Positions 55,740 through 64,000 of a DNA stretch of 64,000 nucleotides are shown one piece after another. The position numbers and the translations under genes were made by a program. Source of the stretch: Bacteroidaceae bacterium (lineage in GTDB: Bacteria > Bacteroidota > Bacteroidia > Bacteroidales > Bacteroidaceae); the NCBI GenBank assembly GCA_045600505.1, contig JAZRYA010000018.1, positions 47-64,046 of the forward strand, read 5' to 3'. The notes beneath the pieces were generated by a model that was not told the DNA's origin, made no database searches, and worked only from the letters and a program-made list of their open reading frames with translations. Each line of letters opens with the position of its first letter. Positions within the stretch are counted from its first letter, which is position 1.

Positions 55740-56516
55740 TTAGTTGCGGATGAATCCGCGTTTTTCAGTGTCCTTGATAAAGTCGAGAATGTACTGGATT
55801 TCAGGGGTTAAACCGATTTCTTCCTTCAGACGATCCAACTTCTCTTCCATCTTGCCACCTCCCATGATGATGTTGTAGGCTTGGTGCAGTTGGTCGATGG
55901 TCTCGCGGGAGAATCCACGGCGGCGAAGGCCCACCAGATTCAGGCCACAGAAGGCTGCAGGTTCGCGTGCCGTCATGGTGTAGGGCAGGATGCTCTGACT
56001 AGAGCGTGTGCCACCACCCACCATGGTGTAGGAACCTACGCGGCAGAACTGGTGCAGCAATACGTTGGCGCTCAAGATGGCATAATCGTCGATGATGGTC
56101 TCGCCAGCCAACTTTGTGCCGTTGCCGATGATGCAACCGTTGCCAACGATGCTGTCGTGGGCCACATGCACGCTTTCCATCAGCAGATTGCCACTGCCTA
56201 CCACGGTGCGTCCCTTGGCGGCAGTGCCGCGGTTGATGGTCACGTTTTCACGTATCTTGTTGTTGTCTCCCACCTCGGCGGTGGTTTCCTCACCCACAAA
56301 CTTCAGGTCTTGTGGGATGGCACCAATGACAGCGCCAGGGAAGATGACATTGCCATTGCCAATGCGTGAACCGTAGAGCACTGTCACAGAGTTCATCAGG
56401 CGGTTGTTGTCGCCTATCACCACATTCTTATCGATGAAGCAGAAGGGACCAATCTCGCAGTTGTCGCCGATCTTTGCTTCGGGGTGGATGTAGGCAAGGG
56501 GACTTATGTTATTCAT
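55740..56516 (-). CDS. lpxA: Acyl-ACP--UDP-N-acetylglucosamine O-acyltransferase
   Basis: Left-handed beta-helix hexapeptide repeats, start ...IHPEAKIGDNCEIGPFC, a helical C-terminal domain, and lipid A gene neighbours. Confidence 0.9.
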   Translation of the reverse strand: MNNISPLAYIHPEAKIGDNCEIGPFCFIDKNVVIGDNNRLMNSVTVLYGSRIGNGNVIFPGAVIGAIPQDLKFVGEETTAEVGDNNKIRENVTINRGTAAKGRTVVGSGNLLMESVHVAHDSIVGNGCIIGNGTKLAGETIIDDYAILSANVLLHQFCRVGSYTMVGGGTRSSQSILPYTMTAREPAAFCGLNLVGLRRRGFSRETIDQLHQAYNIIMGGGKMEEKLDRLKEEIGLTPEIQYILDFIKDTEKRGFIRN

Positions 56517-56522
56517 TGCAAA

Positions 56523-57911
56523 TTACTTGTTTTTAACGATTTGTGCGGTGAAAGTAGCCTCGGACACGCAATTCTCGCCCACAAAGGCGTAACCTTGCAT
56601 GGTGGCTATTCCATGGCGAATGGGGGTGATGTACTCTACCTTGAAGATGAGCGTGTCACCAGGTACCACCTTTTGGCGGAATTTCACGTCGTCTATTTTC
56701 AGGAAGTATGTGCTGTAGCGCTCGGGGTCGTCCACTTGGCTCAGTACTAACAGACCGCCAGTCTGGGCCATGGCTTCGATCTGCAGAACGCCTGGCATCA
56801 CGGGTTCTGTGGGGAAGTGTCCCTGGAAGAAGGGCTCATTGGCGGTGATGTTCTTGACGCCCACGATGCTTTTGCCCTTGATTTCTATAATCTTGTCTAC
56901 CAACTGCATGGGGTAGCGATGAGGCAACAGTTGGCGGATGCGTATGTTGTCCATGATTGGCTCCTTGTTGGGATCATAGTGGGGTGCCTGGACCTCGTGC
57001 TTGCGTATCTCCTTGCGCATCATGCGGGCAAACTTATTGTTGATGGTGTGCCCAGGACGAGTGGCAATGATACGTCCCTTGAGAGGTTTGCCAATGAGGG
57101 CCATATCGCCGATGATGTCCAGCAGTTTGTGGCGTGCAGGCTCGTTTTCCCACACCAGAGGCTTGTGCTGGATGTAACCCAGTTCCGAAGCATCATGATG
57201 CTCTGCACCAGTCAGTTGGCACAGTTTGTCCAGGTTTTCCTGACTGGTCTCCTGCTCATAGATGACAATGGCATTGTCCAGGTCGCCACCCTTGATGAGT
57301 CCTGCCATCAGCAGGGGTTCGATCTCGCGAACAAAAACAAAGGTGCGTGCGGGTGAAATCTCCTGTTCAAAGTCCTGTATGTCGTCCAACGTAGCAAACT
57401 GACTGCTGAGGAACTTGGAGTTGAAACTGATCATGGCTGTGATGGAGAACTGCTCGTCGGGCAGCAGGGTGATGCAAGAGCCCGTCTGCTCGTCCTTGAA
57501 CTCCATCTTGTGGTGTATGACATAGTAGTCTTTGGGTGCATCCTGCTCCTGGATTCCCACACGATGTATCTCGCGGATGTAGAGTTCGGCCGAACCATCG
57601 AGGATGGGGAACTCGGGTCCATCTACCTGGATCAGTACATTGTCCACTCCCATGGCATAGAGCGCAGCCAGACCGTGCTCTACGGTGCTGCAGCGCACAT
57701 CGCCCTTGCCAAGCACTGTGCCGCGAGTGGTCTCTATCACATTCTCGGCAACAGCGTCGATGATGGGCTGGTTGGGCAGGTCCACGCGCTGGATCTTGTA
57801 GCCATGTCCGGCAGGTGCTGGGTTGCAGGTTACGGTCAGGTTGAGTCCTGTGTGCAATCCCTTGCCACTCAACGAGAAGGCCCCTGCTAGGGTGTTTTGG
57901 TTATTTGTCAT
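56523..57911 (-). CDS. lpxC-fabZ: Bifunctional UDP-3-O-acyl-GlcNAc deacetylase / 3-hydroxyacyl-ACP dehydratase
   Basis: N-terminal LpxC segments (GKGLHTG, TTRGTVL, EHGLAAL) and a C-terminal FabZ hot-dog fold ([25 protein letters not shown]). This fusion is typical of Bacteroidota. Confidence 0.95.
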   Translation of the reverse strand: MTNNQNTLAGAFSLSGKGLHTGLNLTVTCNPAPAGHGYKIQRVDLPNQPIIDAVAENVIETTRGTVLGKGDVRCSTVEHGLAALYAMGVDNVLIQVDGPEFPILDGSAELYIREIHRVGIQEQDAPKDYYVIHHKMEFKDEQTGSCITLLPDEQFSITAMISFNSKFLSSQFATLDDIQDFEQEISPARTFVFVREIEPLLMAGLIKGGDLDNAIVIYEQETSQENLDKLCQLTGAEHHDASELGYIQHKPLVWENEPARHKLLDIIGDMALIGKPLKGRIIATRPGHTINNKFARMMRKEIRKHEVQAPHYDPNKEPIMDNIRIRQLLPHRYPMQLVDKIIEIKGKSIVGVKNITANEPFFQGHFPTEPVMPGVLQIEAMAQTGGLLVLSQVDDPERYSTYFLKIDDVKFRQKVVPGDTLIFKVEYITPIRHGIATMQGYAFVGENCVSEATFTAQIVKNK

Positions 57912-58953
57912 AGTCTTCGATTTTCTTTTTCAGTTCTTCTATCTCGCGTTGCAGTTGTTGCACGGTAGTGTTCAGTTGGGGCAACTGCTTGAATACCACG
58001 CTAGAACGCCAGAAGTTCTTGCCATCGATGGCAGGTGTGCCCTGGATGGTGGCGCCCTCCTTTTTGATAGAATTGGGGATGCCGGCCTGTGCGCCAGCCA
58101 TGGTGCGATTGGCAATGGTAGCATGGCCAGCGATGCCCACTTGTCCGCCAAACATACACCATTCGCCCACCTTGGTGCTACCTGCGATACCCACCTGAGC
58201 AGACATTACGGTGTGGCTGCCAATCTCGTCGTTGTGAGCAATCTGCACGAGGTTGTCCAGTTTCACGCCACTATGCACGATGGTGGCTCCCATCACGGCA
58301 CGGTCCACACAAGTGTTGGCACCTATCTCCACGTCGTCCTCGATGATGGCGATACCTATCTGGGGAATCTTCTCGTATCCCTCGGGAGTGGGAGCAAAGC
58401 CGAAACCGTCTGCGCCGATGACACAGCCAGCGTGCAGCACGCAGCGAACACCCACACGACAATCGTGGTAGATGACAGCATTGCTGTAGATCTGGGTGTT
58501 CTCGCCCACGCGAGCGTTGGCACCGATGGTGACATGAGGATGCAAGATGCAACCGTCACCCACGACAGCACCAGGACCTATGGCAACAAAGGGAGCCAGG
58601 TAGCAGTCCTTGCCCACGGTGGCTGTTGGGTCAACGAAAGCGAGGTCCGAGATTCCCTTTGGTTTGGGCTTCATGCTCTCGTAGATGCTGAGCAGTTTGC
58701 CTACAGCTTCGCGAGCATCGGGCACCTTGATCAGGGTAGCCTTGACCTCTTGTTTGGGCTGGAAGTTCTCGTTGACCAGCACCACGCTGCTTCCTGTGGT
58801 GTAGATGTATTGCTCATACTTATCGTTGGCCAGGAAACTGATGCAACCTGGTGTGCCCTCCTCGATTTTCGCAAAGTTGTTGACCTTGGCCTGAGGGTCG
58901 CCCACGATAGTGCCTCCGATGAGGCCTGCAATCATTTCTGCGCTGAATTCCAT
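57901..58953 (-). CDS. lpxD: UDP-3-O-acylglucosamine N-acyltransferase
   Basis: Start [14 protein letters not shown] at the ATG at 58953; the track start at 58962 is TTG. Hexapeptide-repeat beta-helix and a C-terminal coiled coil. Confidence 0.9.
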   Translation of the reverse strand: MEFSAEMIAGLIGGTIVGDPQAKVNNFAKIEEGTPGCISFLANDKYEQYIYTTGSSVVLVNENFQPKQEVKATLIKVPDAREAVGKLLSIYESMKPKPKGISDLAFVDPTATVGKDCYLAPFVAIGPGAVVGDGCILHPHVTIGANARVGENTQIYSNAVIYHDCRVGVRCVLHAGCVIGADGFGFAPTPEGYEKIPQIGIAIIEDDVEIGANTCVDRAVMGATIVHSGVKLDNLVQIAHNDEIGSHTVMSAQVGIAGSTKVGEWCMFGGQVGIAGHATIANRTMAGAQAGIPNSIKKEGATIQGTPAIDGKNFWRSSVVFKQLPQLNTTVQQLQREIEELKKKIEDYDK

Positions 58954-58958
58954 CTTTT

Positions 58959-59780
58959 TCAATTATGCATTAACCCAGCCATCTGCTGCTGTACCTCCTT
59001 GGCCTTCTCGGCAGCCACTGCTGCAAAGTTCTCGGTCTTGTCGGCGTAGATGATGGCACGGCTGCTGTTGACCAGCAGACCACAATCCTCGATCATGCCA
59101 TACTTGCAGACCTCTTCCAGGCTGCCACCCTGAGCGCCTACGCCAGGAACGAGCAGGAAGGCCTTGGGAGCAACGGCACGGATGTCCTTGAACATCTCAC
59201 CGCGAGTGGCACCTACGACGTACATCATGTTCTCGTCGTTGCCCCACTGCTGACTCTTGCGGATGACCTTCTCAAAGAGACGCTCGCCGTCCTTGTCCTC
59301 GGTCAACTGGAAGTCAAATGAACCCTTGTTAGAGGTCAGTGCCAACAGGATGACCCACTTGCCCTCGTAGCCCTCCAGGAAGGGGGTCACGCTGTCCTCG
59401 CCCATGTAGGGAGCCACGGTCAGTGCATCCACGTCGTACTCGCCAAAGAATGTGCGAGCATACATCTGGCTGGTGTTGCCGATGTCGCCACGCTTGGCAT
59501 CTGCTACAATGAACTGCTCGGGGTAGTTCTCCTTGAGGTACTTCACGGTCTTTTCAAAGGCGATCATGCCCTTCACGCCAAATGCCTCGTAGAAGGCCAA
59601 GTTGGGCTTGTAAGCCACGCAATAGGGTGCGGTGGCATCGATGATGGCCTTGTTGAAAGCGAAGATGGGATCCTCCTTTTCCAGCAGATGTTCGGGTACT
59701 TTCTTCAGGTCGGTATCTAATCCTACGCACAGGAAGCTCTTCTTGGCTCTGATCTGTGCAACAAGTTCTGTTCTATTCAT
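58959..59780 (-). CDS. pyrF: Orotidine 5'-phosphate decarboxylase (type 2)
   Basis: Motifs [18 protein letters not shown] and [10 protein letters not shown]. Confidence 0.9.
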   Translation of the reverse strand: MNRTELVAQIRAKKSFLCVGLDTDLKKVPEHLLEKEDPIFAFNKAIIDATAPYCVAYKPNLAFYEAFGVKGMIAFEKTVKYLKENYPEQFIVADAKRGDIGNTSQMYARTFFGEYDVDALTVAPYMGEDSVTPFLEGYEGKWVILLALTSNKGSFDFQLTEDKDGERLFEKVIRKSQQWGNDENMMYVVGATRGEMFKDIRAVAPKAFLLVPGVGAQGGSLEEVCKYGMIEDCGLLVNSSRAIIYADKTENFAAVAAEKAKEVQQQMAGLMHN

Positions 59781-59789
59781 AATTTTGCC

Positions 59790-60899
59790 TTATAGTTCTG
59801 ATTCTTTGAGTCGTTCTGCGTTCTCTGCCACGATGAGGTGGTCGATGCAATCCTGGATTTGTCCGTCCATGAATGCGTTGAGATTATAGATGGTGTAGCC
59901 GATGCGATGGTCGGTGATACGTCCTTGGGGGTAGTTGTAAGTGCGGATCTTGGCGCTGCGGTCGCCCGTAGAAACCATGGTCTTACGCTTGCTGGCGATG
60001 TCGTCCAGGTACTTTTGGTGCTCCTTGTCGTAGATGAAGGTACGCAGACGAGCCAGAGCGCGCTCCTTGTTCTTGGGCTGGTCACGTGTTTCGGTACACT
60101 CTACCAGGATTTCCTCATCCTCGTTGGTGAAGGGGTTGCGCCACATGTAGCGGGCACGTACACCGGATTCCACCTTGTTGACGTTCTGACCTCCAGCACC
60201 GCTACTGCGGAAAGTGTCCCACTTGATGGCGCCCTCGTTGATCTCCACGTCAAACTCCTGTGCCTCGGGAAGCACGGCCACGGTGGCAGCACTGGTGTGC
60301 ACACGGCCCTGGGTTTCGGTGGCAGGCACTCGCTGCACGCGATGCACGCCGCTTTCGTATTTCATCACGCCATAGACGCCATCGCCAGTGACGCTACACA
60401 CGATTTCCTTGTATCCGCCGGCAGCTCCCTCGCTGAAGCTAGACACGGCCATCTTCCAGCCCTTGGTCTCAAAATACTTGCTGTACATGCGGAACAGGTC
60501 GCCGGCAAAGAGGGCTGCCTCGTCGCCACCAGTACCGCCGCGTATCTCCAGCACGATGTTCTTGTCGTCCTCGGGGTCAGCAGGCACCAGCAGCAGTTTG
60601 ATTTCCTCTTCCAACTCGGGGATGCGTTTCTCGCTCTCGGCCATTTCCTCGCGCAGCATGGCTTTCATGTCTGCGTCATCTTCCAAGGCAATCATTTCTT
60701 TGGCATCCTCCACGTTCTGTAGGCATCCCATGTATTCCTTGCGTGCCTCCATGATCTTGCCCAGGTCCTTCCATTCTTTGGTCAGCTTCACGTAGCGCTT
60801 CTGGTCGGCGATTACACTGGGGTCTGTGATCAGGGTCGATGTCTCCTCGTAGCGCGCAACCAGACCGTCCAGCTTCGATAATATGTTGTTATTCTCCAT
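59790..60899 (-). CDS. prfA: Peptide chain release factor 1
   Basis: GGQ motif SGAGGQNVNKVES and an RF1-type PAT tripeptide (RVPATETQGR). Confidence 0.95.
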   Translation of the reverse strand: MENNNILSKLDGLVARYEETSTLITDPSVIADQKRYVKLTKEWKDLGKIMEARKEYMGCLQNVEDAKEMIALEDDADMKAMLREEMAESEKRIPELEEEIKLLLVPADPEDDKNIVLEIRGGTGGDEAALFAGDLFRMYSKYFETKGWKMAVSSFSEGAAGGYKEIVCSVTGDGVYGVMKYESGVHRVQRVPATETQGRVHTSAATVAVLPEAQEFDVEINEGAIKWDTFRSSGAGGQNVNKVESGVRARYMWRNPFTNEDEEILVECTETRDQPKNKERALARLRTFIYDKEHQKYLDDIASKRKTMVSTGDRSAKIRTYNYPQGRITDHRIGYTIYNLNAFMDGQIQDCIDHLIVAENAERLKESEL

Positions 60900-60901
60900 A
60901 A

Positions 60902-60939
60902 AGCCCTACCCCCGCCTCCCCCGAAGGGGAGGAGCTGCA
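60902..60939. repeat. GC-rich hairpin element, copy c
   Basis: AGCCCTACCCCCGCCTCCCCCGAAGGGGAGGAGCTGCA, with the internal hairpin CCTCCCC-CGAA-GGGGAGG. It abuts the prfA start codon and matches the reverse complement of 61438-61476 at 36 of 38 positions. Confidence 0.85.
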
Positions 60940-60973
60940 TTACTGTGTGGGGGCGGTATGCAACTTCTTTTGT

Positions 60974-61366
60974 TTATAAATTAGCTTTTATTGTTTCTAT
61001 TACTTGATTGATGTCGAATAAGACCTCTTCATTGGTGAATCTTAGAACTTGAAAACCTTGACTTTGGAGGTAAATAGTTCTTGTCTCATCTTCTGCTTGC
61101 TGTTGAGGTGTAAAATGATATCCTCCGTCAACTTCGATGATTAGTTTGCTTTTCAGACAGATAAAATCGACGATGTAATCTCCAATGATGTGTTGTCTGC
61201 GGAAGCAAATACCATTTGACCGGTCTTTAAGAATGTTCCAAAGAACTTTTTCTGCTTCGGTCATGGAAAGTCGGTTTGCTTTAGCGTTTCCTTTTAGTAT
61301 GTCGTACGTGAGTGGACACGCCATTTCGTTTCTGTGGAACCCTTTTCCCTTGGCCTCCTCGTTCAT
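60974..61366 (-). CDS. DUF559 / Vsr-like endonuclease-domain protein
   Basis: 130 aa. Motifs FRRQHIIGDYIVDFIC...IIEVDGGYH...D..R...L...G..VLRF.N.EV are typical of DUF559 restriction-endonuclease-fold proteins. Confidence 0.8.
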   Translation of the reverse strand: MNEEAKGKGFHRNEMACPLTYDILKGNAKANRLSMTEAEKVLWNILKDRSNGICFRRQHIIGDYIVDFICLKSKLIIEVDGGYHFTPQQQAEDETRTIYLQSQGFQVLRFTNEEVLFDINQVIETIKANL

Positions 61367-61383
61367 TAATAATGGATAGTGCC

Positions 61384-62622
61384 TTAATAACTAAACTCTC
61401 CGAACTCGCTCTTAATCAACAGACGCCCACCTCTGCTTTGGAGCTCCTCCCCTTCGGGGGAGGCGGGGGTGGGGCTCTCAATGTGGCCAATCACCTGTGC
61501 GTCGATGCCGAAACTCTTTGAAAGTGCGATGACCTTCTCGGCATCCTCGGGGCTGACGTACACCTCCAGACGGTGACCCATGTTGAAGACCTTGTAGGCC
61601 TCGGCATAGTCGGTGCCGCTCTCCTTGATGATAGCCTTGAAGAGAGGGGGCACGGGGAACATGTTGTCCTTGATGACGCGGCAATTGTCACCCACAAAGT
61701 GCAGCACCTTGGTCTGTGCGCCGCCGGTGCAGTGCACCATGCCGTGCAGTACCTCCTGCAGCTTCACACCACGCTCGGCAGCCAGTGCCTTCATGTCATC
61801 CAGCAACTTCTTCACCACGGGAGCATAGGTGCGAGTGGGGGAGAGAACCAGTTTGCCAGCATTGATGGGGCTGCCCTCTACCTCGTCGGTCAACTTGTAG
61901 CTGCCGCTATACACCAGTTCCTCGGGCACAGCCTTGTCGTAGCTCTCGGGATACTTCTCGGCCAGATACTTGCTGAAGACGTCGTGGCGTGCGCTGGTCA
62001 GACCGTTGGAGCCCATGCCGCCATTGTACTCCTTCTCATAGGTTGCCTGGCCGCTAGACGAGAGGCCCACAATCACGTCGCCAGGACGGATGTTGGCATT
62101 GTCGATGACATCGCTGCGCTTCATGCGGCAGGTCACGGTGCTGTCCACGATGATGGTGCGCACCAGGTCGCCCACGTCGGCTGTCTCACCGCCAGTGGCA
62201 TAGATGCCCACGCCCATCTCGCGCATCTGCTGCAGCAGTTCGTCGGTGCCGTTGATGATGGCCGAGATCACCTCGCCGGGGATGAGCATCTTGTTGCGGC
62301 CGATGGTCGAGCTCACCAGGATGTTGTCTACTGCACCCACGCACAGGAGGTCGTCGGTGTTCATGATCAGTGCATCCTGTGCAATGCCTTTCCACACGCC
62401 CAGGTCGCCTGTCTCCTTCCAATACATATAGGCGAGACTAGACTTGGTGCCTGCTCCATCCGCATGCATGATGTTGCAGTACTCGGGGTCGCCGCCCAGG
62501 ATGTCGGGAATGATTTTGCAGAATGCTTGAGGGAATATTCCCTTGTCTATGTTCTTGATGGCGTTGTGCACATCTTCTTTGGCGGCACTCACACCGCGCA
62601 TCATGTATCGTTGATTACTCAT
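61384..62622 (-). CDS. purM: Phosphoribosylformylglycinamidine cyclo-ligase (AIR synthetase)
   Basis: Start MSNQRYMMRGVSAAKEDVH at the ATG at 62622; the track start at 62652 is TTG. Motifs HADGAGTKS, TGGETADVGD and VHCTGGAQTK. The C-terminus carries the repeat-encoded segment SPTPASPEGEELQ. Confidence 0.9.
   Translation of the reverse strand: MSNQRYMMRGVSAAKEDVHNAIKNIDKGIFPQAFCKIIPDILGGDPEYCNIMHADGAGTKSSLAYMYWKETGDLGVWKGIAQDALIMNTDDLLCVGAVDNILVSSTIGRNKMLIPGEVISAIINGTDELLQQMREMGVGIYATGGETADVGDLVRTIIVDSTVTCRMKRSDVIDNANIRPGDVIVGLSSSGQATYEKEYNGGMGSNGLTSARHDVFSKYLAEKYPESYDKAVPEELVYSGSYKLTDEVEGSPINAGKLVLSPTRTYAPVVKKLLDDMKALAAERGVKLQEVLHGMVHCTGGAQTKVLHFVGDNCRVIKDNMFPVPPLFKAIIKESGTDYAEAYKVFNMGHRLEVYVSPEDAEKVIALSKSFGIDAQVIGHIESPTPASPEGEELQSRGGRLLIKSEFGEFSY
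61438..61476. repeat. GC-rich hairpin element, copy d (39 nt, in frame inside the purM 3' region)
   Basis: TTGGAGCTCCTCCCCTTCGGGGGAGGCGGGGGTGGGGCT. Its length is a multiple of 3, and in the purM frame it encodes SPTPASPEGEELQ. Confidence 0.85.
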
Positions 62623-62649
62623 ATCCTTTGTTGTTTTTGTTTCCGAGTA

Positions 62650-62657
62650 CAAAGATA
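62650..62657 (-). promoter_or_regulatory. -7 promoter box TATCTTTG for purM
   Basis: The plus strand reads CAAAGATA, 28 nt upstream of the ATG at 62622. Confidence 0.5.
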
Positions 62658-62727
62658 ATAAAATTATCTTGGATGACCAAATGTTTCGCGGTATATTTTC
62701 AGGGGTGTTGATTGCGTGGTTTGTTCT

Positions 62728-62887
62728 ATGGTCTCGTGGTCGTTTGTGGTCGGTTGTTTGTCGGTCATTAAGAAGGTAAGATATAGAAAGAATAAAATTA
62801 AGATATATAATATATTATATATCTTAAACATTTTCCCCATGTGTTGTTGGTCCTTAACGACCGACAACCGACCGACCATACGACCAT
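62728..62887. repeat. Concentric inverted-repeat structure: GGTCGG/TTGT-word arms around a perfect 30-bp AT-rich palindrome
   Basis: Left arm is ATGGTCTCGTGGTCGTTTGTGGTCGGTTGTTTGTCGGTCATTAAG (62728-62772). The right arm (62853-62887) has reverse complement ATGGTCGTATGGTCGGTCGGTTGTCGGTCGTTAAG. The central palindrome TTAAGATATATAATA|TATTATATATCTTAA lies at 62798-62827. Confidence 0.85.
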
Positions 62888-63025
62888 CTGGCCAAACACT
62901 GGATAGTTGTTGAATATCAGTAAGATATGCTTTATTTGGTGACATGTCGCGAGTTGGTCGTCCTGTTGGTGAAATCCTGCTGTTGATTGATTGTGGTCTG
63001 TTTTCTTGCTTTTTTTTGGTGCCCG

Positions 63026-63110
63026 AGAGAGTACATGTTTTTGGTCGGAGGAGTATATGTTTTGGGCAAAAACAGTATATGTCTTGGTCCAAAAGAGTAG
63101 TTGTGTGTGG
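63026..63110. repeat. AGAGTA-word degenerate tandem array, third locus (about 21-nt period, 4 units)
   Basis: Units are AGAGTACATGTTTTTGGTCGG / AGGAGTATATGTTTTGGGCAAAA / ACAGTATATGTCTTGGTCCAAA / AGAGTAGTTGTGTGTGG. It shares AGAGTAC(T/A)TGTTTT and CAAAAGAGTAG words with 3603-3706 and 45228-45343. Confidence 0.75.
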
Positions 63111-63176
63111 ACTTACGTGTAGGTGTGTTTCCTGGATTTTTTATTTGTGTGGTGCTTGTGATTCTCGGAAAATTTG

Positions 63177-63184
63177 TATATTTG
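63177..63184 (+). promoter_or_regulatory. -7 promoter box TATATTTG for the right-edge secreted-protein gene
   Basis: Exact TAnnTTTG followed by GCAACGT, 30 nt upstream of the ATG at 63215. Confidence 0.5.
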
Positions 63185-63214
63185 CAACGTTGAAGAAAAT
63201 AATGAAACTACATG

Positions 63215-64000
63215 ATGATTAGAAAAATATTTACATTGATAGCGACGGCTCTATTTCTTTGTGTCGGTGCTCCGGCGTATGCCCAAGAGAGCGTGGGTGG
63301 TTTTCCTCGTGAAATTCGTTCGGGCGAACAGGGGCGAAATCACGTGCAGGGCATTGCCTATGATGCGCGTCGTGGGTGCGTGTATATGTCCTTTACCACC
63401 TCACTGGTCAAGTTGGACTTGCAAGGCCGTTTGCTTTCTCGCGTGACGGGTTTGACGGGCCATCTGGGCTGTCTGGCAATGGATGCCGAGGGCGATCGCT
63501 TGTATGCCTCGCTGGAATACAAGCACGACGTGATAGGGGCTGGAATTGCCAAGGGCCTCGGAGTAGAGAACGATGCTGAGGACGGATTCTATGTGGTGTC
63601 GTTTGACCTGGATGCTATCTCCGAGCCTGAGATGGATGCTGCGCAAGTGATGAAGGCGGTGTATGTGCGTGAGGCTGTGCAGGACTACAAGGCAATGGTC
63701 GAGAACGGCGGACGCGAATGGGCGCATCGGCATGGTTGTTCGGGCATAGATGGCGTGGCGGTGTCGCATGCCCCTGGCAAGCGAGGGAAGCGCGTCTTGT
63801 ATGTGGCCTATGGCGTGTATGGTGAGCAGGAGCGCACGGACAATGATTACCAGGTGCTGCTCTGCTATGACTTGGAAAAATTACGACGATACGAACAACC
63901 CCTGAATGCCATGAGCTTGCATCAAAGCGGTCCTAAATCTCCTGCGCACAAGTATTTTGTGTACACGGGCAATACCAGTTTTGGCATCCAGAATCTGGCT
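63215..64000 (+). CDS. Secreted protein of unknown function, N-terminal 262 codons (continues beyond the window; absent from the ORF track)
   Basis: My own translation from the ATG at 63215: MIRKIFTLIATALFLCVGAPAYAQESVGGFPREIRSGEQGRNHVQGIAYDARRGCVYMSF... The frame stays open to nt 64000. It has a signal peptide with an AYA-Q cleavage context, and codon usage resembles neighbouring genes. Confidence 0.75.
   Translation, partial: MIRKIFTLIATALFLCVGAPAYAQESVGGFPREIRSGEQGRNHVQGIAYDARRGCVYMSFTTSLVKLDLQGRLLSRVTGLTGHLGCLAMDAEGDRLYASLEYKHDVIGAGIAKGLGVENDAEDGFYVVSFDLDAISEPEMDAAQVMKAVYVREAVQDYKAMVENGGREWAHRHGCSGIDGVAVSHAPGKRGKRVLYVAYGVYGEQERTDNDYQVLLCYDLEKLRRYEQPLNAMSLHQSGPKSPAHKYFVYTGNTSFGIQNLA

Noticed and set aside
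59790-60899. Possible programmed frameshift in the release factor gene.
   Set aside because: The ORF is uninterrupted and carries the RF1-type PAT motif. The +1 frameshift is a feature of prfB, not prfA.

Overview
The window looks like a Bacteroidota chromosome segment, Prevotellaceae-like: lipoprotein signal peptides, SusC/SusD pairs, TAnnTTTG -7 promoter boxes, no Shine-Dalgarno sequences and a T9SS C-terminal sorting domain. No homology search was run. Protein calls rest on motifs read from the translations, and coordinates include stop codons, as in the ORF track.

Gene content, left to right:
- an alanine racemase 3' fragment
- a cobalamin-riboswitch-controlled B12 uptake locus on the minus strand. 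It has two surface lipoproteins, a TonB-dependent receptor, a binding protein and a permease. The only ABC ATPase lies about 5.7 kb downstream, beyond a GH20 hexosaminidase, a visibly AT-rich 1.28 kb non-coding stretch, an orphan lipoprotein and an AAA+ ATPase
- a translationally coupled glf / HAD hydrolase / 2-hydroxyacid dehydrogenase / alanine symporter block
- gdhA
- a multi-TM protein coupled to a CxxCH beta-propeller lipoprotein
- a large polysaccharide utilization locus with two SusC/SusD pairs, three fasciclin-domain lipoproteins and a GH2, with a clan GH-A enzyme and a GH43-like enzyme upstream
- a Pif1-like helicase with a TPR tail
- housekeeping genes: PBP1A, miaA, lpxA, lpxC-fabZ, lpxD, pyrF, prfA and purM
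- a DUF559 endonuclease-like gene
- an untracked secreted-protein ORF that runs off the right edge

The features least explained by gene annotation are non-coding:
- a candidate invertible promoter upstream of the polysaccharide locus
- a single-gene AAA+ ATPase segment bounded by 26-bp direct repeats that duplicate the 3' end of the permease gene
- a GC-rich hairpin element family that brackets the DUF559 gene, with one copy in frame inside purM
- several families of intergenic hairpin arrays built from short repeated words, two of them concentric around perfect AT-only palindromes

No rRNA, tRNA, CRISPR array, transposase or integrase was recognised.
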